Assembly (NCBI RefSeq): GCF_000150275.1
Contig: NW_002060943.1
Coordinates: 4,670,008-4,734,007 of the forward strand
DNA: 64,000 bases
Origin: Trichoplax adhaerens
Lineage: Eukaryota > Animalia > Placozoa
Direction of reading: 5' to 3'
Of the stretch, positions 1 through 14,769 are shown piece by piece. The position numbers and the translations under genes are program-made. The number at the start of each line of letters is the position of its first letter. Position 1 is the stretch's first letter. Under the pieces are notes generated by a model, which worked only from the letters and a program-made list of their open reading frames with translations, searched no databases and was not told where the DNA came from.

Positions 1-406
1 GATCGTTCATACTGTACCTTCAAAAATGCAACTGACTAGTTGTGTTTATTTTATATAAATAAATAACTGCTAGCTCAAATAGCAAAGCCACATTAGTTTA
101 CCGTTAACGCTAGTCAAAAAGAGGTGCAAAATTGTTTAAAATCGTATACATGAACGTCGTGGTGTTACCAACTACGATCTGCCATCGTTTTATAGCCGAC
201 AACTAGCCTTAACTTGTTGATCAATCGAGGTAGAGGGAATTGAAGCTAATATAGAAATACGCTTTGATTTCGTCATTGTACTGGTTGCCAAGACAGCAGC
301 ACCACTACTAACATCTTTCCTGTAGTCTTATATACCTATTTCAAGTTGGTTCCTGCTCATTCAAAAGGGTTGAAACGATTGTAGCTTTCTGATTTGGGCT
401 ATCATT

Positions 407-1513
407 ATGCCGCCGATTATATCCATGCTATATGTAGCTCGAAGACTGCGACCAACTTCGAGCTTACGATATCTACGTGAGTTCAATACTTCAATAGTGT
501 GTCAGAAAGGAATACGAGCTAATGAAGCAGTATTGCCACTTTCATCGGCCCTCTATCCGCAGCGATTTTCATCAATAGTATTATGGAGGAGTTGCTCTTC
601 GTTCCATAGCAATAATGACACCAAGCCGGCGCCTACGATGAATTCTACTTCTTCATCACCAGATAATAAACAATCAATCAATAAAGAATCATTAGATGTT
701 ACTAAGCTGGCAGCATTGGTAAGCCAATGACTAGCGATAACATGTTTTGGATTAATTTGCTCTTGTTATACCGTTGTTTTATAGTATTTAGTCCCTATCA
801 ACCCTTAACTAAATGTATAATATTGCTTGATTTTTTAATTTTAATTAAACATGGCTCGGTTAGTCACTACAAAAGGCAAATGAAAACGGTGAGTTCATTG
901 CTTGCTTAATTATGACTGTTATGAGTATTATTCAATTTTATTGATCTAGAAAAATAAATGATGTTGCTAATCTTCCCTCATCAGATATTATGCTAGATTA
1001 TTAAATGCTTATGCTACGATAGGATACCTTTCTTGGGGTAGAAACGGTTTATTATTTACCGCAATATCACTTTCACTATATAACTCTGATATCGCCAATC
1101 ATGTTCATGCGGTAGCAGCTTCTCTTGGTAAGATCAATAAATAATTCGTTTGTAAAGTAGGCTAAATTGGCACTGCATCACGATGACATGAATAAATAGC
1201 AATTAAACCTTTCTTTATCAAACAGGAAATCAGTTTCCCTAGTTCTTAAAGTGATATATGTCTAATTCATAGGGTAATGATTCAATTTTAGCATTATTTC
1301 TACATCTTTATAGTTTTTGCATCTACGGGCGTGTTATGTATCAGCTCTGGCACAATCCACTATATTTGGGATGGACTCAAGCTACGTCGTCAAATGTTAA
1401 TTTCTCGTTTTCGCCTGATATGGATGATATCACATGCAAGTTGTATTCTTTTATTTTGGATCTTAGGATTATTATTCTATTTTGAAGACTTGCTCTTTGA
1501 GTCTGCCAAATAA
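407..1513 (+). CDS. TMEM160: TMEM160-like mitochondrial membrane protein (4 exons)
   Basis: Exons 407-718, 864-888, 1023-1127 and 1314-1513 have GT-AG boundaries and join in frame. They give an Arg/Ser-rich presequence-like N-terminus, then KLAAL|SLQKANEN|GYLSWGRNGLLFTAISLSL...|VFASTGVLCISSGTIHY...LRRQM...ILLFWILGLLFYF. This matches the TMEM160 signature KAHETAFLSWFRNGLL as recalled, followed by three hydrophobic segments. Confidence 0.85.
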
Positions 1514-2554
1514 AATCCGATCTAAGTTTTCTGAACATCAAAATGGGAGGATAAATTTTTTATACTTTCATTATGTGCAATTGGCTATGTTATCAGTGAC
1601 TGTAATGCTTGGCTGCATTAGGATTATTTCCATTCTACTTGATTGTTAGTAATATCTTACGAAATATTGATTTTACTGCTATATTGAGTGGTACATTTTA
1701 TACTGTTATGGTATTGGAAGATTGTTATATTAGCTTTTAAAGATTGCAAGCTTCGAGTATTGTTTCATAGTGTCGTATTGATGGTTGATTCATTTGTCTA
1801 GACATCGGTAAATGTTTACAATGTTTTTGCTAATTACGGAATAGACAAAAACTGTATAACTATCACCCATTTATAGATATGCGACGTTGGCGGCCTTCCA
1901 AAACTAGAGAAACGTAGGGAGTGTCTTAATGCAAACACTGTATATTGCCAAAATCTTACCCATTGACATTTCGCTATTGAACACTCTACCAGCGTCTCCG
2001 CTTGCATTAGTTATTAAAATATTCAACAAGATCAAATAGATCTAGTTGGCTATAGTAAGACCTACAAGCCAGAATAAAGGCTTCTTATAATACCACAGTC
2101 CCTACTACGGCTGCCAAAGCCCTTAATATACCATATATATTCATGCAATACTTACCTTTATTTCCATATATTTTTACTTTTAACCACCTTCTGAAACGGT
2201 ATCATTACTTTTTAAACAATCGTTCTATATTTGTTACATGAATATATATTATCAGCAATTATCAAGTAATAACTGTAGCAACATTATCTCTTTATTTCGA
2301 CTCCGTTTTAAAATAATTGATTAGATAAAAATTTGACTGACTTTAAATATCATCATTCTCAGTTATACTGGTAATCAATAAGAATCTAACAATTAATAAA
2401 TGGGATGGTAATAATACCTATTTGCATTTTGAATGAATAATAATTATAACGGTCAAATAAACCATCGAATGACAACACATACATTGCCTCACTAAATTTA
2501 AAAACGATGTTCGTAGAAAGAGTTCAATTACGAAAAGCTGATTTATACCACATG

Positions 2555-5500
2555 TCATAAGATCTGCAATTAGAGGTAGGAAATAATTGTATAAACCAGT
2601 ATTTACTGTAGGCATTATTAGTAATTAAGAAATTTTGAAAGAAAATTTGTCTAGAAAGTTTGGCTAATCGATCTTTTGTAAATTTTATAATACTTTTACA
2701 ACTATCTCATAAAGATCGTATTCATTGTGGCCTTCTATTTCAGCAATAAATACTCTGGCGCTGAGAAAGAGAAACAAAAGAAACAGTTTATCCTTTGATC
2801 AAACATACCATTTATATATAACTTTATCACCCTCGCAAATAACGTTTTACCTATTCGAGCCTAAAAAGCGAAATTTTTTACCCCCACTTGGTACAATTTG
2901 ATCATGATCCTAAAAAGTTGTACGATAAACGAATAATGTTCATCGCATAATTTAAATTGTTCAAGAATTTAAAATAAAGATACGCATCTTACTCCTCTGC
3001 CTCCATGAAATTGTTTAATTTCAATTCCGTTTTCCAAGATACCTATAATTACTTGGACTTGACAATCTTCCACTAGAAGCAAGAATAATCTTTTATAACT
3101 CTGACTATTCTTCTATCTGACATACATTTATTCCATCATACCAACAAACAAAGGATTCCCAGAGAAATTTAATACTGAAGGCATGTTATTGCTTGATTTT
3201 AATGTCCCGTCCAAATTATAAAACCTGGTCTGACCTTTATCAAATGCATTAAAAGCGTTAATCTTACGTAGTCTGTAAAATCATGGATAATAAAAATTTA
3301 AATTCTACTATTGGTGTCTATCAATTATAATTATTGTACCATTATAGCAAATCAAAACAGCATTTTTGTAAGCCTGGTAACAGCAAACAGGCTTTATCGT
3401 AGTAGCTACGGATCAAGAAAATAATTAATAATTTAAACAGATTTGTCGATAGATTTCAAAAGATATACTTTATATTTATTCTGAAAGTTACGCTTACACC
3501 AGTTGACATTTGGATACCAGATAGATTGTAAGTTTAGGTCAATGGTAATAAATTCGATATTCGGGCTTGGTTGCTTCGAACTAAAAGAAAAAATTTCGCT
3601 GCTAATTCTACATCATCAATTTTCAGTATTCACTAATCCATTTAAATTATTCGATAATGAAATTAAAGGCATAACCTTCCTTACTAAATAACAATGTCAC
3701 ATAAGTCTAAAAATGTCCAACCTTAGCTTAACACCGATGCACAAAAACGGATAATCATGTTCTTGATCAGCGAACAATTCGAATAAGGGCAAATCACCAG
3801 GAAAATTAAAAGGAAATCGCTATCCATGAAATAGAAGTGTAATAAAATTTGAATAAAGCGTAAAATAGAAACATAACAGCAATAAGATACTCACTCAGTT
3901 CATAACAGAATAAAACATTAGAGTTTAGAATATTGTTCATGAATCTTACTAAGGAAGTTTAATAGAGCTAAAATTCAATATATGTTTTGAAATGTTTGTA
4001 GGAATCGACTATATAATTGCTACAGAAGTAAATATCTAAATTAATAATCTGAAATGAAACAATGTATAATGAGACGCTCAGTTTCTTAACTACAAGAAAC
4101 TGAGCAGGGCTACTCGTAAACGAATGATTAGGTATCTTATCAAAGTGAGGTAGTGCGGACCAAAAATTTGAAGCTGTCATAAATCATTGTATTCTTACTT
4201 CGATTTCTTTAAAGGTATTTTGATGTTCATCATATTGCATTAATAGTATCGATTCGGGCAATTGAGCACATAAGTACGTACGATCCTTGTGAAAGGGGTG
4301 CGTTACTACAAAAAGATCGATACGTTTTACAAATTTAATAATAACAGGAAAGTAAAATTATGCTATTCTAAATTATAGCCGTATCAAATATGCAACGAAC
4401 TTACTCATAGTACACCTCTTACATCCTTTCGTATCAGTTACTTTGTTACCATTATCGAGAAATCTACAATAACAATCTAGTATTGATATAACTTACAAAG
4501 TAAATTTAACTAAAGAAGCCATATTTTTAAATCTCCTTACGGTAAATTGCTAAGTATATTAGCCGAAAATTCAACTCTCTCATATAACCGGTTGAGATTA
4601 TAAAATCGAAGCATTAAAGATGAACTGTCATTCCCTATATACGTGTATATAATATAGTTGTTGTAAAATATCCAAAGGGTATTGGTAATGAAAAAAGTAT
4701 TACTTTACGTAATTTAAATAACTTTTCGAGAAAATCTTTCGCATAAAGATGAATCTTTTCGACAGCAAATTAAAATATATAAAACTTATCTGAGTTAACC
4801 TGATAGCGCAGATAAAGTATCTTTATGAACAGCAAGCCATACAGTCTTTTTTCTGATTATTTGAAAAAACTGTTGATGGGTTGGCTACAGCATTCATATC
4901 CCGAAATAAGAAAAAATAATTTACTTCATAAGATTAAAATATAATACGATCACTTGGATCAATATAAAGAACATTAGTAACAAAGTATTTCCAGTAATAA
5001 AGATTACGGTTTACCTCATTCTCATTAGTGCTCATCAGAAATACACCCTCATCGGTACCAATAAGTATGCATTTATCTAAAGTAAAACAGCAATTATTGG
5101 TTCGATGAAACATCTAACAACTACAGTAATGACGATTCAATAATGAATGAAACTACTACCTTCTTCATTGCGACACCAAAATGCAACGTCATAGATATGC
5201 ATAGGACAACCACAAAAGAGGGTTTTGATATTTATTTTTAACCGACGATTCTATGATTTTAAATAGCAGCATAATTAGAGAAACATTCTAGATTGAAGTA
5301 ATTACATAATCTAAAGATGTTTACCTCCGGGTGCATTGAAGAAGGCAAAACTGAACGCCGTTGGGTAGGCGCACGAGGAGGAATCGGTGGTTTTTCGCCA
5401 GATTCACCTACAAGAGTTCCACTTGGACCAGCAGATATGGCAGCATGTTTAGGAGGTAATTTCGGAGGCTTATTAGGAATGGCAGGTGTCGGATTCACGG

Positions 5501-8500
5501 CATGATTTGAAGGCGATGGGGCAGGACGACTTGGCTAATTCAATCAAAATAGATTATAGCAATTAAAAATGTCACAAATTAGGAGGTATAAAACCAAAAA
5601 TTTAATTGAAATATGGTGATATACCTTAGGGATTTCCACCTTTTCAGGTTGTCTAACCGGAACTTTATATTCCTCTGTACAGAATAAAGCAAAGTAATTA
5701 CGTTATAATTATCTTCATTGTGAGATCCGATACGAAGATTCGCTGATTTTGCAATAAATAACCTGAGTAGAACCTCAGTATTTTTATAACTATATACTGT
5801 ATATGTATGATATACTTGTAAGTATATCCTACCTTTTGGGTGCTTCACCGATTTGACTCTTTTCATCTCCTTAATTGTAAAAGAAATAAATATTATTTTA
5901 CACGATGCTAGTTTCCAAAACCAAAGGAAAAACAAGGTTTAATCTGTAAATATCTCCATATCAGAATCTATTAATGTCAATTCCATCATTGCAACATCAA
6001 GGTTTAGGGATTTAACAAGATAAATGTAATCCAATCATGCAAATGTTATTATTTTAATAATTATTCTTTCCTCTTTAACCTTATGTTTCTTCTTTAATTG
6101 TAATTTTGCATGATATGCATGCAATAAGGCTCTCGTTGATTCTTTCGACAACGGTTGCGCAGCAAAATGGTGCTAAAAAATTCAATCATAATTCAATAGC
6201 TTACCATAAACTATCCAGCTGCATAAAGTCAGGTCAGAGGGATGATTAAATATTTTAAAGTTCGAGCTATTTTATCACCTGCAACAACTTTCCAGCAGAT
6301 GGCCGTCTCGTATAATCTTTTGTTAAAGTTTCTTTAATAAAATCGTGAAATTTGACAGTCCTATTTACGAAAGTAGCATGTACAGTGTTTCAATTTCGTT
6401 ATCTTTGCGATCTACGCAGTACCTTGAGGACAAGACTTACCATAAATTCTTTTCCTTCAGTTTTGGAGGTTTATAATCTGATTTACCAATGATGAGAAGA
6501 GCCCTAGACAAGGAAATGATGTCGAAGTGTTTCATTTCAGTTACAAATTGTTTAATACATAGTTTTGTCTGTTATTAAATAATTATAAATAAAATCATCT
6601 ATAGTATTTCAACTCATTTCAAATCATTCAAATTCTTACTTCATAGGATGTATTTCATATAGCGGCGGCTTTAGTTGTGCTAACTCGATAGCTGTTATGC
6701 CGACAGCCCAAATATCACACTGGCAATAATAATAAGGAGATGGGTTGGTTATTATCACCCACAATGTAGAACTGTAATTTTACAAATTGGTATGTTCGAC
6801 ATTACCGCTTGATCATAACCCCCTTCGCGTTCAACATTGGCGACTTCGGGTGCCATCCTACGAAATAAAATACATATCACACATCCACACCTTAAAATAT
6901 TCTTGTATCCATAGTCTGTCCATATTTAATTTTACATATTATATTCGGTATTATAAGAGTACTTTTCAATAGTAATTAATATACAGTATAAGGAAATACT
7001 AAGAGGGTTGCGCTTGGAAAATGTAATCCTGTAAAATTTCGATTCTATCCATTATTGTATGCCTAATATCATATTATCCAGTTAACTGAGGTGGATAGAA
7101 TTAACGCAGGTTGAAACTGGTCGATAAAAATTTGAACGTACCAGTAAGGTGTTCCAATAAATGTCTGCCTCTTTTGAAATGTATTGGTTATTTGAGCGGC
7201 AACACCAAAATCGGCTATATAGATATGGATAGTTAGCCTTCAGTACGATGCTTAATATATCATCCAATATTCTAACATTAATGATATTGCATAGTTATAT
7301 GATAATCTACTACTATATAACCTAATTTAATGTCGCCATCTTCCGTTAATAATATATTTGCGCCCTAGAATAAAAGTAATGATACAGTATATCTATAATT
7401 ATGCTCTTGCCGTTTTCGTGATCGAAATTTTTTAAGTTTAACCTTTATATCTCGATGTAACTTCTGTTGCTGATGCAAATAATCCAATCCCTATTTAATA
7501 ATTCCATTATTAAGATAGAATTTCAACAATTATGAAAAGAATTAATCTATTTTCACAGCTAGATTAGTTAGAAAAGTGCATCTCTATTACATACTCGCAA
7601 AGATTCTCGACAAACAAAAGCAATTTGTTGTTCAGTTAGAGCGCCGGTACCTATTGATATAACATGAAAGGTAATACCATACATATAAGCGACGCCTGAT
7701 ATAGCCATAATTGTTGCTAATGAATATACTCTACATCTGGAGTGAAAAGCTGAATTTAACAATACTATATACACATCAATTATGGTGCATTGTCAGCTAT
7801 CCTATTTATCCCAAGAGATTACAGTTGTCTTACGCTTATAAATATCCTGTAATGAGCCACCGCCACAGTATTCCATGGTGATCCACAACTGTTGTCGGCT
7901 TAAATATTGAAGTCATGGAAAAACATTAATATATACGTACGCTACACATGTTAATACCTATGTTATGCATATAAAGTAAGTTAGACTTTCTTACTTTATC
8001 AACTAGAATATAATTTTCAGGTGTTAATCTATCATTTCAACTTTAGATTGATTGATTGATTGATTATTACGTCAACTTAAGTACTACGTTCTGGTCATGA
8101 ACGATCAATTTATGCATTGTAAGGGAAAGTTTGGGATTGCTGTTTAATGGTGATAGTAGATATTTCTCTACAGCATACACGTATATGTATAATGCGTAGC
8201 TTTGCTTACCGAAATTCACTATGGAAATACTGGACAATATTGGGATGTACACAGCCACGAAGTATTTGTATTTCTTGTTCAATGATGGCGAGATCATCAT
8301 CTTATTATCGTATCCATCAATAGAAATGAGTTACAATTAAAAGCAAGAATAATAGAAAAGTAAATTGCATGAGTAATTTTAAGATAGTTGTACAAACAAA
8401 TGATGGATAAGTATGGACTGCATAGTACTGTATTGGCAGCACAATGCTTGACATGATATTAACGTACGGTCGACAGAATTAAGTATTGTCATCGCATGTC

Positions 8501-9382
8501 GAGTATACAAACATGTACACGTAACAGTTAATCCATTTTTATCCTTTGTAAAGTCGAAGATCATTCCGATCGTAAATTAACTCTCGTGAGCGATAATTTT
8601 GCTCTCCATAATTAACGAATTGCTCATTTTGTTAGGAGTAGGGATATCACTGACTGTCACTTCAAGATATCTACAAACTACAGTACCGCCTAAATCGGAA
8701 ACCAACAATGTAGTATCAATCTCAGCTTATCATTTATCATGATTGGATTTGTTGTTAATTCAATGTACAGTACAGTATAGTAGAATTCTGGGATATTTTT
8801 GTAGCTAACATGCATACCATGGTCTACTGGTAACTATCAGTAGTATGATCAACAAAAAAACAAATCAACTAAAGACGGAAGCTAAAAATATCAATAGGGG
8901 ATTTCACAAGAGAGTGACTCATACTTGCCTATCACTGTATCAATCTTACCTTCTTGTATTTTGATCACTTTCAATGCTGCAATTTGATCCGTTTGACGAA
9001 CTCGTACCTAACAAGGCATAATAAACAAGATAGAAAACTGACTAGAGCGTGTGCTTGCATTATAGCAAGGTTTGCTTAGGGTTTGATTTAGGCATCAAAT
9101 GGAAATAAATAAAAAATTGGCATAAAAACGAATTTATTGGAATAGGTATTTCCTTCATGTCAAGCTTGTAAAGCGTTATGATAGCGTTATGTGTAGCCTA
9201 ATTTTTATTTATGAAATTTTCCATAGCGATCATGGATAGCACCGATACTAAATGTAAGATTAATATACATGGACGTTACTTTTTTTTTATCTCCTTACTT
9301 TAAAGACGTCGCCGTAACTGCCACTGCCAATCTTTTTCTTGATATCGAATTGCTCTTGCAATTCTCTCATTCCAAGCATCAT
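2555..9382 (-). CDS. MAP4K (GCK-I subfamily, MAP4K3/MAP4K5-like) Ste20 kinase with proline-rich linker and C-terminal CNH domain
   Basis: Minus-strand exons: 9299-9382 (MMLG...[11 protein letters not shown]), 8950-9007 (AALKVIK), 8210-8300 (EQEIQIL..HPNIV), 7834-7898 ([17 protein letters not shown]), 7595-7650, 7443-7490 (YLH..HRDIK), 7322-7364 (GANILL), 7142-7214 (ADFG..FIGTPYW), 6806-6857 (MAPEV), 6640-6719 ([14 protein letters not shown]), 6441-6503, 6279-6360 and 6080-6172. A Pro-rich exon lies at 5325-5534 (PPKLPPK, KPPIPPR). CNH exons follow ([47 protein letters not shown]). The terminal exon (~2555-2563, IL*) is uncertain. Confidence 0.93.
8046..8065. repeat. (GATT)5 microsatellite in a MAP4K intron
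   Basis: GATTGATTGATTGATTGATT. Confidence 0.9.
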
Positions 9383-9818
9383 GGTAGTTAATTTAGGCGT
9401 TCAACTGCATCAAATCAATAAACTGTTAGCAAATACTTTATACCTCTTGCTGATGAAATGGTGAAAAAATTGAATCGTACAACTGCCCTTGTACTACATC
9501 AATATTTATACGAATGGAAGAGTTCATCAAACATTGACAACAATAAACAGTCCTGGCTGAGTGATAGCACTATAACTACTTTGTTTATGCTTCCAATGTC
9601 GGCTACAGAAGCATATAAGTTTAGGCTTCCTAGCAATCATTTATACCAATAACCACTGCTTTCATTATACCTAATATTGAGATAGAAATAGTGATGTTTA
9701 AGTCCAATACCAGGGCAATCAATTTGAATCCAACTTGGCGAACTGAAATCTCGTCGTTGGCGTCTCTAGTTGCTTAGTGTCTAGTTGCCTCGTCTTTCCT
9801 TCCAGATCAACTTACCGG

Positions 9819-10190
9819 TATACAGTACAGTACAGTACAGTACACTGAGTATACGACACGATCCGTAGCACCTCTCTCAGCTCCATACTCTACTGTGCTT
9901 GAGTATGGTCTAGTATGAGCGTGTCCATTGAAAATAATATACATTCAGTGAAGTAGTCAATTGCTTTCACATCGACCTGAGAAAGGTTCGGTACGGTTCA
10001 GTTCGGTTCAATACCTTTATGATCTACAGTATAGTTTCAATGTACTCTACAGTACAGTATCTGCACAGTACTGTACAACTGAGGAATACGTAATTCCATG
10101 TGCCGCATGCGCACTCCGGACTCTGATGGCATTGTGATACCTACAGTGTACAGTACACTGTACAGTACACAGAGTACAGTACAGTACTCT
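9819..10190. repeat. ACAGT/ACTGT pentamer microsatellite cluster upstream of the MAP4K gene
   Basis: (TACAG)4 at 9820-9839, further ACAGT/ACTGT runs at 10048-10080 and 10142-10188, and degenerate GGTTC pentamers at ~9985-10008. Confidence 0.8.
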
Positions 10191-13100
10191 GAAATTCAGA
10201 GCAGGCAGGGCTCCGAACAATAATGCTGTATTGTTCTTTGTACAAGGTGTCCAATGTCCATCCCTTGCGCGCATTCGCTATTATTGTCTATCTCCTTTTA
10301 CTGGACTCCTACTAAATACAGTACATTGCCATGGACTACTCAATATTACAACTCAAATATAGATAATTAAATAGTCCAAGGCAATGTCGACTACTGTTCT
10401 ATTCTCGAGCCCACAATGTCGTAGTTGCACTGTCCTCTTCTACACGAGTGACCCTTGTGCAAAGTCCGTCCATATTACGTTATAGCCCGTAATCTGTAGT
10501 TGGCCTACTCTTTTAAAGTTGTCCCTTTGATCTACTGACGTAGATCACACGATCATCACCAACAGAAAGGTTTCCCTAGTTTAGTCATTACAAATAGGAT
10601 ATCATACCGAGTATGGCAACATGAGAATACATATATAGATAAGCTTAATATAGTACCATAACCACATCTATATACGCATGACGTGATAATAACATCGTGA
10701 TATTTAACCATATATAGAAAGAAGGTAACATACTAATTATGTAACTATTACAGAACGTGACAGGACTACTAACCAAAAATTGTACCCCTGTCGTAATCAA
10801 ATTTCCCTTGTTCCTTAAAGTTCATGACCAAACTGGTAAATACCTATATTCAAACACTTTATCATAAAGGGTAAAAAAAATAAAAACAGATAATTCCTCC
10901 ACTTTATATATTTTAGTCTCAGTACGTTGAAAAATATCAATCGGCTTCTTTAATCTATTGCCCATAATTCAATAATATTTATTAATTACTACCTATTTAT
11001 TTATTAGCTATGAATGAAATTTTCAAATTATTTTTTGTATGATGAGCATGCATAAAGGACATGATGAAACAATTTTATATTGTAAATCATGACAAAGGTA
11101 ATACTATAAGAACTTCCCGTATTTAAATACGATACAAAATTATTAGCCCTATAAAGTATTGATGTAGATTTCACGGCAACCCAGTGGCAATGCTACAAGG
11201 GTCTATCATCATCATTCATTACAGCTCCTCTCAAGTGAGCAAGCACAAGTGTCATGACTTTAGTGCTCCTTATGACGCCTTGGGAGAGTAATGGCATTCT
11301 AGCTTTATTACTAAGCTTGTGCAGAATAAATATTTCAAGCAAAGTTCATCGAGGCATTGCTCATAGCGTATAGATTTTTAAAATGATTGTCAATCACACT
11401 TCTCTAAGAGTTTTAGTGTCTTTGTATCTCTATCATATAAACGCTGTGCCCTCATTTCCACGATTTTACTCATAAATATCTAGAAATCGACCTTAGATCT
11501 TCACAATATAAATTTCCTTCCTTTTCATTATGTAGTAAAATTTTAATAATAACAGTGTCTGACATTTGCGAGGGTAATCAGAGTCAGCAGTCACCTAGAT
11601 CTATGACTACATGCATATTATTGTGAAGCAATAAAGAAAATATGGCTAATAAAACTTCAGTGAAAACAATAACAAGTAACCTAGTGACGTCTTCGCGATT
11701 TTAATAATATTCCATGTAAGCATAAAATGTCCTCTACAGGTTCGTGATCATTTATATGTCTATTGTAGCGTGATATCTTAACGTTGACCTTATTTTTTTC
11801 ATTCTTATATTAGAATCTGTTTCAGAATGTCGCATAATAATACAAATTAAATATGACATTCTGTTCGTTAAATACTTACAGCTGTTACTGATTAACCCTA
11901 AGCAACAACTGTAGTGTTAAAATTTGTTTAATAGATAATCTGTATATCATTGTCATTTATTCTTAAGGCAATTTCTAAATTTTGACGTTTAACTTTACAA
12001 ATTACATTCTAAAAGTAGTAAATATTTCTTCTAAATAAAAGCAATGACAGCCAGAGAATCTAAATTGCGTGAATTTCCTTGATTTCATGAAGACTTGATT
12101 GATATTATTTAATAAACTCGAACTTCAGACGAGAATTTTCTGACAAATCTGGATTTTTACGTACTACTAAGATGTAATTCTTATTGCATCATGTAAATAA
12201 TCAATAAAAGCAATTCTATTTAATTTTCTGTAAGTATTAATATATTGAAAGGATCTTTGTATTTCATTCACAAAGTTATTGATATGTTTTCTTTTAAATC
12301 ATTTTCTCTTATCTAATTATAGCTAAAATTGCATTTATTGTCCTTTCCTGTTCAATTCCTGTTCAATTTTTTGGCATTAGTTATGTATACAGGTTAATAA
12401 ATGATTATTACATGTAAATGCAAGTTTTATACGTTTTATGAATATTTCAATCGACGCTTATATATATTAAGGCCTAAAAAGTTTCAATACTTGCCTATCT
12501 TAAATTATTTATTTCTTATTTCTGTAATTATGCCTGTTTATACGCATTTATTTTATTTCATTGGTATAAATACTGATAACTATAAAAAGGAAGAAATTAA
12601 AATAAAATTATTCATCCTATGCAGACTTTTGTAAACTTTTGGGTATATTAGAAGTATTTTCGGAAGCAATGGACAATATTTCTTATCTTGCAATTACTAG
12701 ATGCATGTCAGTATTAAATTCTAAATAGATATGATTCTGACCTATGAGATATACTGTTTATGTTATTATGTCCACCTATTTTCGGTTACGTTCAGTCAGT
12801 ATATAATGTACAAATGTATGCCATAATTAGAATTTACAGGGAGATTCTGAAGAATGCGATTGATTTATAAACTCTACTTACTTAATTTATTCCAGTAAAT
12901 TTCTTACATAAATACGCCATCTTTAGAGATTATAACGCTTAGAAAGCAATACACCATGATCAACTCTAGACGTCTACTTGAATTTGTTATAGGTTTGGAG
13001 ATTTTATATATCAGGTTAATAAATTACGTGATCTTCTATTGTGTTCATTTTTAATTAAAATGATAATTACAGATTCGAACATAGTTATAACAGAAATTAA

Positions 13101-14769
13101 TGTTTAATGAAGTTGATAATTATACTGATATCCAATATAGTATATCAGTTACCCGATATCGCAGTATTTATCAGGTAAATTTAATTAATAATCTTTTGCA
13201 TACTGTATCTGCTAATTGTAAATTGTCTAGAAAATATCCTAAGGCTTGCACTATATCACGTTAGCATGCAATAACGAAAAACTTTTATAAGGCCGCTGCA
13301 GTACCAGAATATTAATATATATTCGCGAAGATTTTAATCTCATAAAGAAAATAACAATTAGAGTTAGTAACTAGCAGGCCTAATCAAAGGCTTAGTAGCT
13401 TATTTATGGAATTTACTTGTTATGCGTTCATACTTACGAACTGCATCAACATTGCTGAATAATCAAAAAAATGTGATGATTCTTGTGTTATTACTTTTAA
13501 TGAAAAAAATATTGCAAAGGAGACATTTAGTCGTTTAGTAATTATCATAATAAAGCTTAAAATAATGCGATACATATGTCGATAACTAATTTTCTTAAAG
13601 AGTTCATTTTCGATCAGTTTAAAATATATTATAGCAAGCGATAATAAAATAGTATTCCGGTATATTCTCTAAGTATCTCGGAAACAATGCGGAAAGATAA
13701 TGACATCTTTACATTGTTACCGTATTTAGAGATAAAAATGGTATTATAGATCAAAGACAACCCACTAGATAATCAATAAAACTTCTTAAATCCTTAATTT
13801 AGCACCGTTATACTATAATATTCCAACTAAGAGCCCGTAATTTTTCAAATAGCAATAACTAATTCTGAAGCATTCATAAGCTTTATCTAATGATGAAAAG
13901 CCAAAACTTCTATACTTAATAATACCGTTCTCTGAGTTTTTCATAAACTTTATTTGACAAAATAGAGCCTTCGCTCCTTCATTCAATCATTATCTAAGCC
14001 TCTAAAAAGCTTTACTTAAATATCTTATTTATCCATTAAGGCTACTTCAGTGATTACCATAAAGGCTTGTTTGTTTTGCCTGAAAATAGGAATAAAATTT
14101 TTTAGTTATAGTCACGTTGAAAAGAAAATATCCTTCTAAATTCATTATCTATTTTTATTTACTCGTTTTTACGAGGTGGTTACAATATTGAAATTATATC
14201 ATTTTCTCGATCGCTTTTAATTTTGAATAAATTCATCCATAATGCAATGAATATAGTATTGATTACAAGATACCGGTTATAATTTATTTAAAAGCATTCT
14301 AAATAGGCAATTCACATGATAATTATCTTGCTAACTATGAGACAATATAAGTTAATAGATAGAAATACGTAAATAATTGGTTTTTTTCCATGCCCATCCA
14401 GCTGGCATATAAAAAGAAATATTGTGATATTTATAATTTATTGACGTATTCACATACAGGTTTCGTAATATAACAGGACAACACAACTTTACGTAGACAC
14501 TGAATTACGATAATAAAGCATATTATCTATACAATAGCAAAATTGAAATAAAATAATGTGACTCTTATATAAAGTACTTAGCTTCATTATTTATTTTAAA
14601 CCTTGCTTATTCATAATTTTCCACATGATTTCAAAGGTAAAAAAAATTTGAAATAAAAAACATTTTGCGCAGGAATGGTGATGTTAACAACAACACTTAA
14701 ATTAGCAGTCATTAATCAATTATTATAATTTACTAGCTTATCGCTGATCAATTATACTGACAAGAAATC

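Noticed and set aside
5317-5505. Gly-rich plus-strand ORF
   Set aside because: Antisense shadow of the Pro-rich MAP4K exon.
10047-10274. Cys/Thr/Val-rich 75-aa ORF
   Set aside because: Translation artefact of the ACAGT pentamer repeats.
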